Part shown: positions 1-9,119 of the stretch, piece after piece | How positions within the stretch are numbered: the first letter of the stretch is position 1 | How the letters are laid out: each line of letters starts with the position of its first letter | Source of the DNA: a virus | Virus record (IMG/VR): IMGVR_UViG_3300031084_000275 | Coordinates: 2,102 to 66,101 of that record | Length of the DNA stretch: 64,000 nucleotides | Direction: 5' to 3' (one strand) | The notes under the pieces: model-generated | Told to the model about the DNA's origin: nothing | What the model saw: the letters and a program-made list of their open reading frames with translations, nothing else | Databases searched by the model: none | Program-made: the position numbers and the translations under genes

Positions 1-785
1 AAAGAAACACGGGGGAGAACAAAGAGAACAAGGTCCCAGCCGCGATACCCACCGGGATTTCCATAGAGGATAAATCCGCCCAAAGCCGCGAGGCCGAGCA
101 GTGTTACCAAGGCACCAGCAGTAAGGTTCACACTCGATCGTTTGCGCAGGTCTGCTACTTCGGCAGCGAGTCGGCCTACCAGCCGCGTCCTGCCCGTGGC
201 GATAGCGCGCGCGCTTTGTGCACGCTGGTCCTTGCGCCGAAACTCATCCAAAAGCTTGGCGGTAGCTGCCCCTTTGAGAGCTCGAACCGCTTCATCGATG
301 TCCTCGACGGCAAATTCGCCGACGACTGAATCACTGGCCCCTTGAGCAACCATCCCATGAAAGAGGTGGTCGTATTCCTCGTCAAAAAATTCGTCGTCTA
401 GGTCTTCCGGTCGCGAGCCTGTTGGAAATGGCCAGGCCGCAGCTGGGTCCAATTTCGTTCGGCGCCGGGCACCCTGCAGGTATTGATAGACGACCGTTGC
501 GATTGCTGCAAACGTAGCAACTGCATAAATTGCAGCAGGCGCGAGCCCGTCCCAGGTCGGCAGGCCGAGCAGAGGAAGTGTCTGAATTGCTAGTAGAGCA
601 AGGGCTAGGACTCCACCAACGACCGAAAGCCAGTAACGGAGTTGAACTCGCATTTGCTCGAGAGCGAGCCTTTTGGCCTTTCGCTCGACGGCCTCCTGGA
701 AAGAGATTTTTTCTTCCTCGAGCCTCTTCATCTCGTGCAGGTTAGGCAAGGCACTGCCCTCTTCCCGCGTGACGTCAATGTTCAT
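1..785 (-). CDS. Membrane protein of unknown function, runs off the left edge (partial)
   Basis: Hand-translated open frame MNIDVTREEG...; hydrophobic segments YWLSVVGGVLALALLAI, AIYAVATFAAIATVVY and NLTAGALVTLLGLAALGGFILY; absent from the ORF track because no stop lies in the window. Confidence 0.7.
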   Translation of the reverse strand, partial: MNIDVTREEGSALPNLHEMKRLEEEKISFQEAVERKAKRLALEQMRVQLRYWLSVVGGVLALALLAIQTLPLLGLPTWDGLAPAAIYAVATFAAIATVVYQYLQGARRRTKLDPAAAWPFPTGSRPEDLDDEFFDEEYDHLFHGMVAQGASDSVVGEFAVEDIDEAVRALKGAATAKLLDEFRRKDQRAQSARAIATGRTRLVGRLAAEVADLRKRSSVNLTAGALVTLLGLAALGGFILYGNPGGYRGWDLVLFVLPRVS

Positions 786-871
786 GCATATCGCCAGTTA
801 CGTTTTGCTACATCGTAACGCAGAGCAATTAGAACAGATAGTGCCGCCGTTATCTTTTTGTCCACCAATGG

Positions 872-1768
872 GTGAATCAAGACGTAGCTAACCGAGATGG
901 GCGTCAAGCGCAGTCAGTAATTGCTCGCGCCTTGATGAGATCGAGACAGACAGATTCAGCTTCTATATATTGGGAGCTCCTACACCCCGTGACGCCAGCG
1001 ATGAACTCAGCCCAACGCATCCACGACTTTTGTCAGGAAGCGATTTCTAAAAATCCAGGCAGTTACAAGATTGCCATCTTCTGGAATTTCGTTCTTTTTG
1101 GCGAGAAGGTAGAGCCATCGCCCGTTCGGAGTCTAGAAATCACTCGCCGTCTAGGCGAAGTGCATCGTCAACTCGACCTTGCTGTAAAGCAACTTGATCG
1201 TGCCGACGTACCTGCCGAGTTATTTGAAGCAGAGTTCAACCGCCTTTACAACGCACTTTCTCCGTCTCGGCTCCACGAGCCTGGGGCCGACGTGCTCAAA
1301 CTTATCGACAAGTCGTCGTTGAGCAGCTTGCTATGGGCATCATGGGTACTCGGACGACAAGAGAAGCCGGCGAATCCAGCTGATTTGATCGCATTGGCGG
1401 AGCAAATCAAGGCCACCCGCGCTCTGATCAAAGCAGGGGCGTTCCCTATTGGATTGGCTGATATGGTGCTCGCCCAGCTTCATGAGTTGGACGATGCTCT
1501 TGCAGCTTACGGCGTCGCAGGCATTGAACCGCTTCGCAAGGCGATGCAAGCCGCTACGGGAGAGCTCGTCACAAGCGCAGACGACATCCGTGAAGCACTT
1601 GATAAGGCGACCCCGGAAGAGCGGAAAACCGCGATGCAAGCCATGTCGGAACTTGGCCAAAAAGCATCTACCGCGATTCGTAGCGCTGCTACCACAGCCA
1701 AGGCAGCTGAGCAGATCATTGGCTATGGCCAAACCGCCGTAACTCTAATTAAAGACTTGATGAACTGA
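872..1768 (+). CDS. Hypothetical helical accessory protein (start uncertain)
   Basis: 298-aa ORF, divergent from the previous gene, ends at a terminator; no recognisable motif. Confidence 0.7.
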   Translation: MNQDVANRDGRQAQSVIARALMRSRQTDSASIYWELLHPVTPAMNSAQRIHDFCQEAISKNPGSYKIAIFWNFVLFGEKVEPSPVRSLEITRRLGEVHRQLDLAVKQLDRADVPAELFEAEFNRLYNALSPSRLHEPGADVLKLIDKSSLSSLLWASWVLGRQEKPANPADLIALAEQIKATRALIKAGAFPIGLADMVLAQLHELDDALAAYGVAGIEPLRKAMQAATGELVTSADDIREALDKATPEERKTAMQAMSELGQKASTAIRSAATTAKAAEQIIGYGQTAVTLIKDLMN

Positions 1769-1784
1769 AAGCGTAATCGAAACG

Positions 1785-1816
1785 AAAAAGCCCGCAGGCG
1801 AACGCTTAACGGGCTT
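1785..1816 (-). terminator. Intrinsic terminator, tR'-like
   Basis: AAGCCCG...CGGGCTT stem with T-tract on the minus strand, just downstream of the Q-like gene. Confidence 0.7.
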
Positions 1817-1846
1817 GTAGATCGGAATTACTCCGATAATGGGAGA

Positions 1847-1875
1847 GTTTTAGGGTGTTTTGTTCCAATCGTCAA
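1847..1875 (-). promoter_or_regulatory. Putative late promoter pR'
   Basis: TTGACG-N17-TAAAAC on the minus strand between the Q-like stop and the terminator. Confidence 0.45.
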
Positions 1876-1880
1876 GGCGA

Positions 1881-2432
1881 TCAGTAGACAACCGCCCTTT
1901 GCATCGGCACTTGGGCATGCACCAAGCCACCTATTTCCATCGGCGCGCGCAATGCATCGATAGCGCGCTGACGTAAGGCGCTAATCGGACCACGAAGCTT
2001 CCGCTCTTCGCGGCTCAGCACCGACAGGGACATGTCGAAGTTATCCGAGATGGTGCGCAGCACAGGCTTGCGCCGCATGATCCGCATCACCAGCACGTCG
2101 GCCAGCAGTCGTTCGCGCGAGTCCGCAGCGCCCTTGATATGTTCTGACACCGTTTGGATGGCAAGGGCGCCGGGGTAGCCTTTGTGGTATTCGGCTTCGA
2201 CGACTTCCCACAGCATCGGATGCGGCTTCAGCGCACGGCGCGCGATCGACAAGGTGAACACCGCTTGTGCGTGCCAGTCATCCGGCGAAAGGCCGCTGGG
2301 CAACTTCACGATGCCAGCACCGTACCGTTCTTCCAGCGCCTGGACCACAAGCAGCGTCGCGCTCTTTGGCTCGATGGGCAGTTCAATGATGGCGAACGCC
2401 ACAGCAAGGGCGTGTTCCGGGCAGTCAAACAT
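1881..2432 (-). CDS. Putative antitermination Q-like protein
   Basis: Last gene of the early-right operon, before pR'/tR'; C-terminal HTH-like segment (LRTISDNFDMSLSVLSR). Confidence 0.55.
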   Translation of the reverse strand: MFDCPEHALAVAFAIIELPIEPKSATLLVVQALEERYGAGIVKLPSGLSPDDWHAQAVFTLSIARRALKPHPMLWEVVEAEYHKGYPGALAIQTVSEHIKGAADSRERLLADVLVMRIMRRKPVLRTISDNFDMSLSVLSREERKLRGPISALRQRAIDALRAPMEIGGLVHAQVPMQRAVVY

Positions 2433-2624
2433 GAGTGCTGGTCTCCAGGGGGATACGCTGGCCACCGATCAGCGACGGTGCTGCGTTGAGTTCGTGAATG
2501 CGGGCGGCGGCCTGGGCCATCGCCATAGACTGGGGGCGTGCACCGCGCCAGTGGCGGGCGGTCGACGGCGCCGCGCCCAGGGGTGACGACTTGGTGACCG
2601 GCGCTGTCATCGGTACCGGTCCGC

Positions 2625-2813
2625 TCATGCCTGCACCGCCAGGAGTGGGCGCAGATGAATCACCTCGACGCTGTAGACATTGCTGCGGCCAGCGACGCAA
2701 GCGCCATAGAGCGAGTTGTCCACCCGCAAGTCGAACTCAGTATTGGCATCGTTCAGGGCGGCGGACAGTTCCCGCGCGGCAGTTGAGATGCGCTGCTCTT
2801 GTTCTTGGGTCAC
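2625..2813 (-). CDS. Small phage hypothetical protein
   Basis: 62-aa ORF, 4-bp overlap with the upstream gene. Confidence 0.5.
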   Translation of the reverse strand: MTQEQEQRISTAARELSAALNDANTEFDLRVDNSLYGACVAGRSNVYSVEVIHLRPLLAVQA

Positions 2814-3193
2814 GTTGTTTCCTTTAGGGTTATGCCGTGCACATGCAGCATCAGTTTTCGCTTGATGATGTAGGCGGGCAGCTTGCGGGTCGGCTCGGAC
2901 TTCGGGTCTTCCACCACGACAGCCAAGCCTTGCTCGTAGACGAAATCGGCCACGTACCGTACGGCCTCTTCGCGCTCGCCGTCGGCGCGCTTCTGGGCGG
3001 GGATCAGCTCGTAGCTCACCTGGCGGCGCAGGCCGCTGATAAGACTCGCGCGTTGCATGAGCACCAGGGTTTGGTAACGTTGCGCTTCGCGTTTGCTGTC
3101 GAACTTCTCGCCGTTCACCACGATGGGTTCGTTCAGGTATTTGCTGGGCTTACGCTTTCTCGCACGACTGGAGAACAGGGAGCTATCAGCCAT
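2810..3193 (-). CDS. DUF1064-family PD-(D/E)xK nuclease (resolvase-like)
   Basis: FDSKREAQRY...YVADFVY...VVEDPK...KRKLM motifs. Confidence 0.8.
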   Translation of the reverse strand: MADSSLFSSRARKRKPSKYLNEPIVVNGEKFDSKREAQRYQTLVLMQRASLISGLRRQVSYELIPAQKRADGEREEAVRYVADFVYEQGLAVVVEDPKSEPTRKLPAYIIKRKLMLHVHGITLKETT

Positions 3194-3662
3194 CGAATGG
3201 CCTTCCCTTCGGCTTGTCCGTCTGATCTGTGACGCACTGGCTCCAGCCATGCGCCAAGGTTTCGAACCTAGTCTGTTCGCCGATATAGGACAGCCGAACC
3301 TTGCCTGGCTCGCCCTGGCGGATAGGCCCCACGTTCACCTCGGCGGTGCCGCGCTCAGGACTATCTGGGTTGTAGATTTCGTCGCGGTAGAGGAACAGCG
3401 CCACGTCGCAGGCCTACTCGATAGCGCCCGAGTCGCGCAGGTCCGACGGCAGCGGCCGCTTGTTGGGTCGTTCCTCGAGCTTTCGATTCAGCTGCGACAG
3501 CAGGGATGATGGCGATATCCAGTTCCTTGGCCAGCGCCTTCAGGCCGCGCGTGATGCCCTCGATATCGGCATTGCGGTGTTGCCCTCCCCTGCCATCAGC
3601 TGCAGGTAGTCGATCACCAGCAGATCCAGCCCGGCCTTGCGCTTCGCCTGGCGCGCTTTGGT
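3186..3662 (-). pseudogene. dnaB: DnaB-like helicase, C-terminal fragment
   Basis: LLVIDYLQL, SQLNR, SDLRDSGAIE motifs spread over several frames; in-frame TAG at 3414-3416 where the intact paralog (37170-38543) has CAG; N-terminal half missing. Confidence 0.9.
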
Positions 3663-3972
3663 GCAGCGGACTGCGCGTTGGCTGACCTGGGCCATGCCGG
3701 CGAAGTGGCAACGCCCGAACACAGGGCAGCAATGGATGCGATCACCCGGCAGGCAGCCGAACTGGTCGAGGCGCTGGAATGCCGATCACGCAACATCGGG
3801 CACCTCAACGGCAGGTGCCGGCGCGTCGACCACAGCAGGCTCGGTCTGGTAGCGCGCGACGATCCGTGCCGGGCGATCACTGTCGGCCTGCGTCGGCGGA
3901 AGCATCCCGTCAAAGTCAGGAAGGGCGTGGTCGACGCGCGGCAGCACGATCCGGGGATTCCGGTACCGATGG

Positions 3973-4230
3973 CTACGCATGCGCTGCCTCCGCCGATCCG
4001 CTGGGCGGCATCAGATTGCGCGTGTGTGCCCAATCGACATCGGCGCGCAGGTCTTCACAAAGAACCGCCCGAGCCGAGGCGCGCTCAAGGCGGATGCAGA
4101 GGCCTTCACTCAAGGTCGCACGTGCTGATACGGCTTTCCGTAGATAGCCCTCAGTCGTGCCTGCGCGCATCACGAAATCGACGCGCGCCTCCTTGGTGAG
4201 GCTGTTGAGGTAGGCGAGTAGTTTTTCCAT
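3973..4230 (-). CDS. Cro/YdaS-like repressor
   Basis: 85-aa HTH protein (GTTEGYLRKA...EDLRADVDW), divergent from cI. Confidence 0.8.
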   Translation of the reverse strand: MEKLLAYLNSLTKEARVDFVMRAGTTEGYLRKAVSARATLSEGLCIRLERASARAVLCEDLRADVDWAHTRNLMPPSGSAEAAHA

Positions 4231-4238
4231 ACCAGAAA

Positions 4239-4292
4239 TTACCTACAGGTAATCAACAGGTAAAAACCCGTAGGTTGTTTACTCGCAGGTAA
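4239..4292. promoter_or_regulatory. OR-like operators of the remnant
   Basis: 14-bp palindrome TTACCTACAGGTAA (4239-4252), variants at 4264-4277 and 4279-4292. Confidence 0.7.
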
Positions 4293-4312
4293 GTGTTGGT
4301 GGAATCTGGCCC

Positions 4313-5067
4313 ATGGACAAATATGAGTTGCGGCGCGAAGCGCTCGCGGCGCTTGTAGAGCAGCTTGGACAGGCGGCATTGCGCGGGTAGCACGCGCTAT
4401 CGAGAAAGAACCGAGCTACGTGTCTCGGATGCTCTACGGCCCGGAAAAAAAGGCCGAAAAAGAATCGGCGAAGACTCGGTCGAGGCGCTCGAACGCGCCT
4501 TCCCCAATTGGTTGGACGCTGCAGCCAGGCAGGCGCCAGGCGGCCCAATCACGCCCGTGCCTGCGGCCTTAGCCAACATAACTGCCGCACAGGGCCAAAT
4601 CGCGGTGTGGGATTCGCCAGCAGACCTGCCGGAAGATGACGGGCGGGTGTGGATCGATCGCTACGACTACCAGTGCTCAGCGGGTACCGGTGTCATCCAG
4701 TGGGAAATTCGCCAGAAGCGCGCGCTGCCCTTCACCAGTGAGCTCTTCAAGGCAATTGGCTCGAAAACCTGCCAATTGCCGTCTTGGAGTGGCTCGCGGG
4801 CCAAGCATGGAACCGTTCTTGTTCGACAAGGACATGACCATGATCGACATCAGCAAGACTGCGGTGCGCGACGGCAACATCTACGCGGTGTGCCTCGAGG
4901 AAGAGTCGCTCGTCAAGCAGGTGCTCAAGGAATCGGGCGGAGTACTGTCGCTCCACTCCTACAACCCACGGTTTCCGGACAGCAAGGTGCTGCTGGCCGA
5001 GCCGACCAACTTCCACATCGTGGGCGAAGTGGTCTATCGATCTGGGTCGGGATGGACCGGGTCGTGA
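4313..5067 (+). pseudogene. CI-like repressor with S24 peptidase domain, multiply frameshifted
   Basis: MDKYELRREAL... HTH start; GPSMEPFLFDKD and SLVKQV S24 motifs in different frames. Confidence 0.85.
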
Positions 5068-5082
5068 AGCCCGCATCCATCG

Positions 5083-5820
5083 GTGGCGTATGACGCAACT
5101 TGGTATCGGACCCTAAAGCCTTCACGCAACTTTTCCGTGGTAAATTCCCGATCAGCGCAACTCGTTGAGGGAACTGCCTTGAAAGCTCGAGAAGAAGTGA
5201 TGCAGTTACTTGTCCAAAACCTGGACAAGAACTTGGTGCTGGCGATTGAAGAAGCCTTGGTGGCAGGTGCTCGCATTGCACACGCGAATGCAGCCGGAAT
5301 GCATGAAGGCCATTTGGCGCATGCTCTCGGCACCTGGCGACACTACAAGATGAACGAAGCGTTTGCCGCTGCGCTTTTAGCAGCTGGCGCCGCACCTACG
5401 CCCGTGAAAGGGAATTCGATCGTCGTCGGCCATGCTGGAATACTGAAGCTTGCTCGACTGAACGTCAGAAGCGGGCCTTGGGATCGCGCTCGCCGGAGTA
5501 CGCAAAGGTTGATTCTGGCTGCCGCAAACGATCAGTTTGCTGAGCTCTTCCAACCGAGCCTGTTTGACGAGGCGCCGCGCGTAAGCGAGGGGACAGTATT
5601 CTTTGTTTCGGTCTTCAACGATTCGCCACAACACGATGCGGAAGAGCCACTGGAGATCCTCGTAGCTGTTCCGACGCCCGGACTGAAGAGTTGGCCCTTC
5701 TGTCGACCGCTTTCCGCGTTGATCGAGGCTTACAGCCGGCCGGTGGATCAGGTTGATCATGCGAAGCCGAAACTCAAGGCCAGCGTGCGCCGCAAGAATG
5801 GAACAGAGGGACAGCAGTGA
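5083..5820 (+). CDS. Putative toxin of a RosmerTA-like pair (start uncertain)
   Basis: 245-aa ORF whose stop overlaps the start of the HTH-peptidase gene by 4 bp; function inferred from the pairing. Confidence 0.55.
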   Translation: MAYDATWYRTLKPSRNFSVVNSRSAQLVEGTALKAREEVMQLLVQNLDKNLVLAIEEALVAGARIAHANAAGMHEGHLAHALGTWRHYKMNEAFAAALLAAGAAPTPVKGNSIVVGHAGILKLARLNVRSGPWDRARRSTQRLILAAANDQFAELFQPSLFDEAPRVSEGTVFFVSVFNDSPQHDAEEPLEILVAVPTPGLKSWPFCRPLSALIEAYSRPVDQVDHAKPKLKASVRRKNGTEGQQ

Positions 5821-7019
5821 AAAAGGGAACTACGGGCTTTGAGCCGGCACGCATGGAACAGGTGCTCGCGGCGCGAAGACTGTCGCAGGTTCAACTCGCC
5901 GCTATGGTCGGCGTCAGTGCCCCCACCATCAGCAAATGGCGGAATGGAGTTCAGGCGCCAGAAGCTTCAGCTCTGGAGAAGCTCGCCGAGGTCATGAACG
6001 TTGCGCCCGAGTGGTTCACCCGGCCTTTGAATAAGCCGCTCTCGAAGCCTCGTTTTAGAAGCATGGCATCTGCTCACGCCTCGGCACGTCAAATGCTTTG
6101 GGCTCGACTGGAGTGGCTGCAGGACATCACCTTGGCATTGGAGGAGTTCGTCGATCTTCCTGGAGTAGAAGTGCCGACTGGCTCCTTTCGGGATGTTGAT
6201 GCTATCGCCGCCAGTGACATTGAACACCTCGCCCATCAATGCCGTGATGAGTGGCGGCTCGGATCAGGGCCGATTCCCGATGTCCTTCTCGCGCTTGAGA
6301 ATGCAGGGGTCATCGTGGTACGCGAGCTCACCGGGGTAGCAACCATAGAGGGGGCGTCTTCGTGGAATGCCGAGGGGCTTCGCCCGTTCGTCCTCCTCGC
6401 CGCGGATAAAGGCAACGGCTTCCGAAGCAGGTTTGACGCAGCGCACGAGTTGGGCCATTTGGTGCTGCACAAGCACCTTGTAGGTGCTGTGACTCCTGTT
6501 ATTCACACTGCGATGGAGAACCAAGCACATTACTTTGCAGGCGCATTCTTGCTGCCTGCCGCGAGCTTTACGTCCGAAGTTCGACTGCCTGTAACGCTCG
6601 ACAACCTGTTGCTCCTCAAACAGCGCTGGGGGGTGTCGGTTGGGGCGATAATCATGCGGCTTCACGCTCTTGGATTGGTGGACGACGACGAAAAGATGTC
6701 TTTGTTCAAACGCCGATCAGCTCGGTGGGGCGCGAAAAGTGAGCCGGGCGATGATAGGCGGGACCCTGAGTTCCCTCGACTACTTCGCCGCTCAATCGAG
6801 CTCGTGGTTGAGTCCGGTGTTATGGGTCGTGGAGACCTTCAGCGACACCTTGGTCTCTCGCGAGGAGATATTGAAGTTCTTTGCGGTCTGCGCGAGGGAT
6901 ATCTACACGGAAACGCCGAAGTTCTCGAGATGAGCCGCGTGAAACTCCGCTCGAATGGCACGCCGTCAACGGGCGGCCCGGCCAACACGGCGCAGGTTCT
7001 GCCTTTCAGGAAGGCCTAA
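5817..7019 (+). CDS. XRE-HTH plus ImmA/IrrE (DUF955) Zn-metallopeptidase, RmrA-like
   Basis: N-terminal HTH (LSQVQLAAMVGVSAPTISKWRNG); RSRFDAAHELGHLVLH; ENQAHYFAGAFLLP. Confidence 0.9.
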   Translation: MKKGTTGFEPARMEQVLAARRLSQVQLAAMVGVSAPTISKWRNGVQAPEASALEKLAEVMNVAPEWFTRPLNKPLSKPRFRSMASAHASARQMLWARLEWLQDITLALEEFVDLPGVEVPTGSFRDVDAIAASDIEHLAHQCRDEWRLGSGPIPDVLLALENAGVIVVRELTGVATIEGASSWNAEGLRPFVLLAADKGNGFRSRFDAAHELGHLVLHKHLVGAVTPVIHTAMENQAHYFAGAFLLPAASFTSEVRLPVTLDNLLLLKQRWGVSVGAIIMRLHALGLVDDDEKMSLFKRRSARWGAKSEPGDDRRDPEFPRLLRRSIELVVESGVMGRGDLQRHLGLSRGDIEVLCGLREGYLHGNAEVLEMSRVKLRSNGTPSTGGPANTAQVLPFRKA

Positions 7020-7046
7020 ATGCTTGATTAAGCAGAAACTGCCTAC

Positions 7047-7069
7047 TGAACTGCACCCCAAAAGTTAGG
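7047..7069 (+). mobile_element. Solo IS3-family (IS150 group) terminal inverted repeat relic
   Basis: TGAACTGCACCCCAAAAGTTAG resembles IS150-group ends as I recall them; no transposase adjacent. Confidence 0.55.
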
Positions 7070-7080
7070 CGCCCGACGGA

Positions 7081-7422
7081 CTACTTGTTCACCAAATCTC
7101 TATAGCAGCCGGAAAAGGCCTTGTTGGCGTACTCGGCAACGGCGCGCTCCTGGGCTGCACCCGTCGAATACAAGGGTACATCGTAGGCTTCAGCAACCAG
7201 CACACGAAGGATCTTAGCCGCTACGTCGGAGCCTCTGATCCGATCAATCAGCACAGACATGGCCACGCCGTTCTGACGCGAGCTCATCGTCAAAGTCGCG
7301 TACCTCTCAAGCATCTTGCATATCTCCAGATCTCTCTGCGCGCCAGACGCTTGCGCCCATACCGCGCCTGTTCCAGCAAGGGCCCCAAAGCCGATCCCGA
7401 GCGCTACTGCAAATGCCTTCAT
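7081..7422 (-). CDS. Secreted hypothetical protein
   Basis: GGAGG RBS; signal peptide MKAFAVALGIGFGALAGTGAVWA. Confidence 0.7.
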   Translation of the reverse strand: MKAFAVALGIGFGALAGTGAVWAQASGAQRDLEICKMLERYATLTMSSRQNGVAMSVLIDRIRGSDVAAKILRVLVAEAYDVPLYSTGAAQERAVAEYANKAFSGCYRDLVNK

Positions 7423-7710
7423 CAGTACCTCCCTGATGCGTTCGAACGATACGCGCGGCATCTGTGCACGCCCACTTAGCTATTACAGGACATTTCTCGG
7501 ACGAAATTACCAAATAGCATTGACCAGGAGGCGAAGGCTGCCTGCTTTGATCAGTGCCAGCAGCAAGATGGGCGCAGCCTCTTCAAGTGAGCCGCCCCAA
7601 CCAACGAAAGGCACGCCGCCCCCCGGGCAGTTTATCTTTGGGCGCTCGTAATGTGTAGGCCAGTGCAGGGCCTGCCTTGTACAGGAGAGCCATCAAACCG
7701 ACGAGGTGAT

Positions 7711-8136
7711 TTAACCCAGTCCGCACGCAGCGTTGATGCCAGAATTTGCCGCTTCGTCGATATCCGCGTACTTGCCAGATTCGGAGAAAGTCACCTCCGA
7801 AGTGCTCGCGACGAACCGCTTGAATCCGGCATAGCCGCCGTAGGAGTTCTTTCCATTGACCTCCCCGCAGATCACCGCCCTCTGGCTGTAGGGAACCAGC
7901 CGAACTTTCCGGAATTGGGCGCTGCCCGGGTCTTTGAGTGAGTCAGCAACAACGCGCATTGCTTGAGCTATCGTCCTGTCTTCGCTGTTACCTTTAAGGT
8001 ACTCCGCGACCGAAGTGGCATAGCGGTCGACCGTACGAAACGATTCAGAACTCAAGTCATAGATCGGGCGCCCAGCGCATCCGGCCAATAGGGCGGCTGC
8101 AACGGCAACGCTACCCAACAGCTTGAACGACTCCAT
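7711..8136 (-). CDS. Lipoprotein with LKDP...CGEVNGKNSYGGY motif
   Basis: Lipobox LLAGC; paralog at 21725-22081. Confidence 0.8.
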   Translation of the reverse strand: MESFKLLGSVAVAAALLAGCAGRPIYDLSSESFRTVDRYATSVAEYLKGNSEDRTIAQAMRVVADSLKDPGSAQFRKVRLVPYSQRAVICGEVNGKNSYGGYAGFKRFVASTSEVTFSESGKYADIDEAANSGINAACGLG

Positions 8137-8196
8137 TTCTCTCTCCGATGTAGAGGCTGGTTTAAGTAACCAAACTATACAACCTAGGGGACCAAC

Positions 8197-8784
8197 ACGC
8201 CGTAGCCGGCCGCTGGCATGGAAAAAGTGAAATGGAAGAATCGGGAGCGCGCCCGGCGCTTTGAGGTAACAGAAGAGATGTTCGCCTGGGTGTACGCCGA
8301 GGGTGACCAGGTCCTGAAGGACTGCATGGACGTGGCAACGTCGACCGAGCTGCCCTGACGGACGTGCGTACGATCCCGCTGCCGCCGGGCGATCTACTGA
8401 GCCTCACTGCAAGCAAAACCGGCAAGGATGCCGATTTCGATATGTCGCTGTCGGCCGTTTTGCCTGACTTGGTGGCCGGCGCCGGGCAATGCGGGCCACG
8501 CATGGCATGCTCATTTCGACCCACACGGGGCGAGCAGTCTCGGAAAGCATGCTGCGGGACCGCTACGAGGTCGCCAGAGCAAAAGCCGCCTTGAAGGCCG
8601 AGACGGAGAACCGCCCCGGGCTGGCAGCAGCCATTCTGTCGATGTACATGCGTGACATCCGCAAGCGCGCAGCCGATCTCGCGGGGACCTGGAAGGCGCT
8701 GCCAAGTTGTTGCAGCACGGCTCGACCAAAACTACCCAAAGGCACTATCGGACGAAGGCAACTCAACTGAAACCCGTTAGATAG
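8197..8784 (+). pseudogene. Tyrosine integrase, C-terminal fragment
   Basis: Three frameshifts join MEKVKWKN..., LTDVRT...ASKTGK, MRDIRKRAA and LLQHGSTKTTQRHYR (catalytic R, H, Y). Confidence 0.85.
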
Positions 8785-8858
8785 ACGCGGAACAAGCTGC
8801 GGAACGAACGCGGAACAGGTGCAAAGTGCAGCGCTTCCAAAGGCTGACTGCGGACATG

Positions 8859-8897
8859 AAAAAAGCCGTTAATTCTCAATGGAATCAACGGCTTTTT
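8859..8897. terminator. Bidirectional hairpin or terminator downstream of the tRNA fragment
   Basis: AAAAAAGCCGTT...AACGGCTTTTT. Confidence 0.6.
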
Positions 8898-8902
8898 GTA
8901 TT

Positions 8903-8960
8903 TGGTGCCCGAGGCCGGAATCGAACCGGCACGCCTTGCGGCGGGGGATTTTGAGTCCCC
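8903..8960 (-). other. att core: duplicated 3' part of tRNA-Leu(CAA)
   Basis: GGGGACTCAAAATCCCC anticodon arm, long variable arm, GGTTCGATTCC T-arm, ACCA end; 5' acceptor strand and D-arm absent. Confidence 0.9.
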
Positions 8961-9119
8961 TACCGAAATCGAGGAACCATGCGGGTCTCCAAGCGATTTG
9001 TTCCGCACGAAGGTGGCATTTTAGCCCCTAGGTGGGCGATCTGTTGCGGAACGCATTTGTCCACCTCGTACGCACTTCCCCGCCTGCCAGAGTGATGCAG
9101 CCAGCGGCAACCTTGCCGC

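Larger units (their letters stand above)
1785..8960. mobile_element. Degenerate lambdoid prophage remnant (left boundary uncertain, may extend past base 1)
   Basis: Q-like, DUF1064, dnaB fragment, cro, cI pseudogene, integrase fragment, att core. Confidence 0.85.
8787..9052. repeat. GCGGAAC repeats flanking the att core (candidate integrase arm sites)
   Basis: Direct copies at 8787, 8799, 8810 and 9046; inverted copy at 9000-9006. Confidence 0.6.

Noticed and set aside
8903-8990. Intact tRNA-Leu gene
   Set aside because: The 5' acceptor strand and D-arm are absent, so it is an att duplicate
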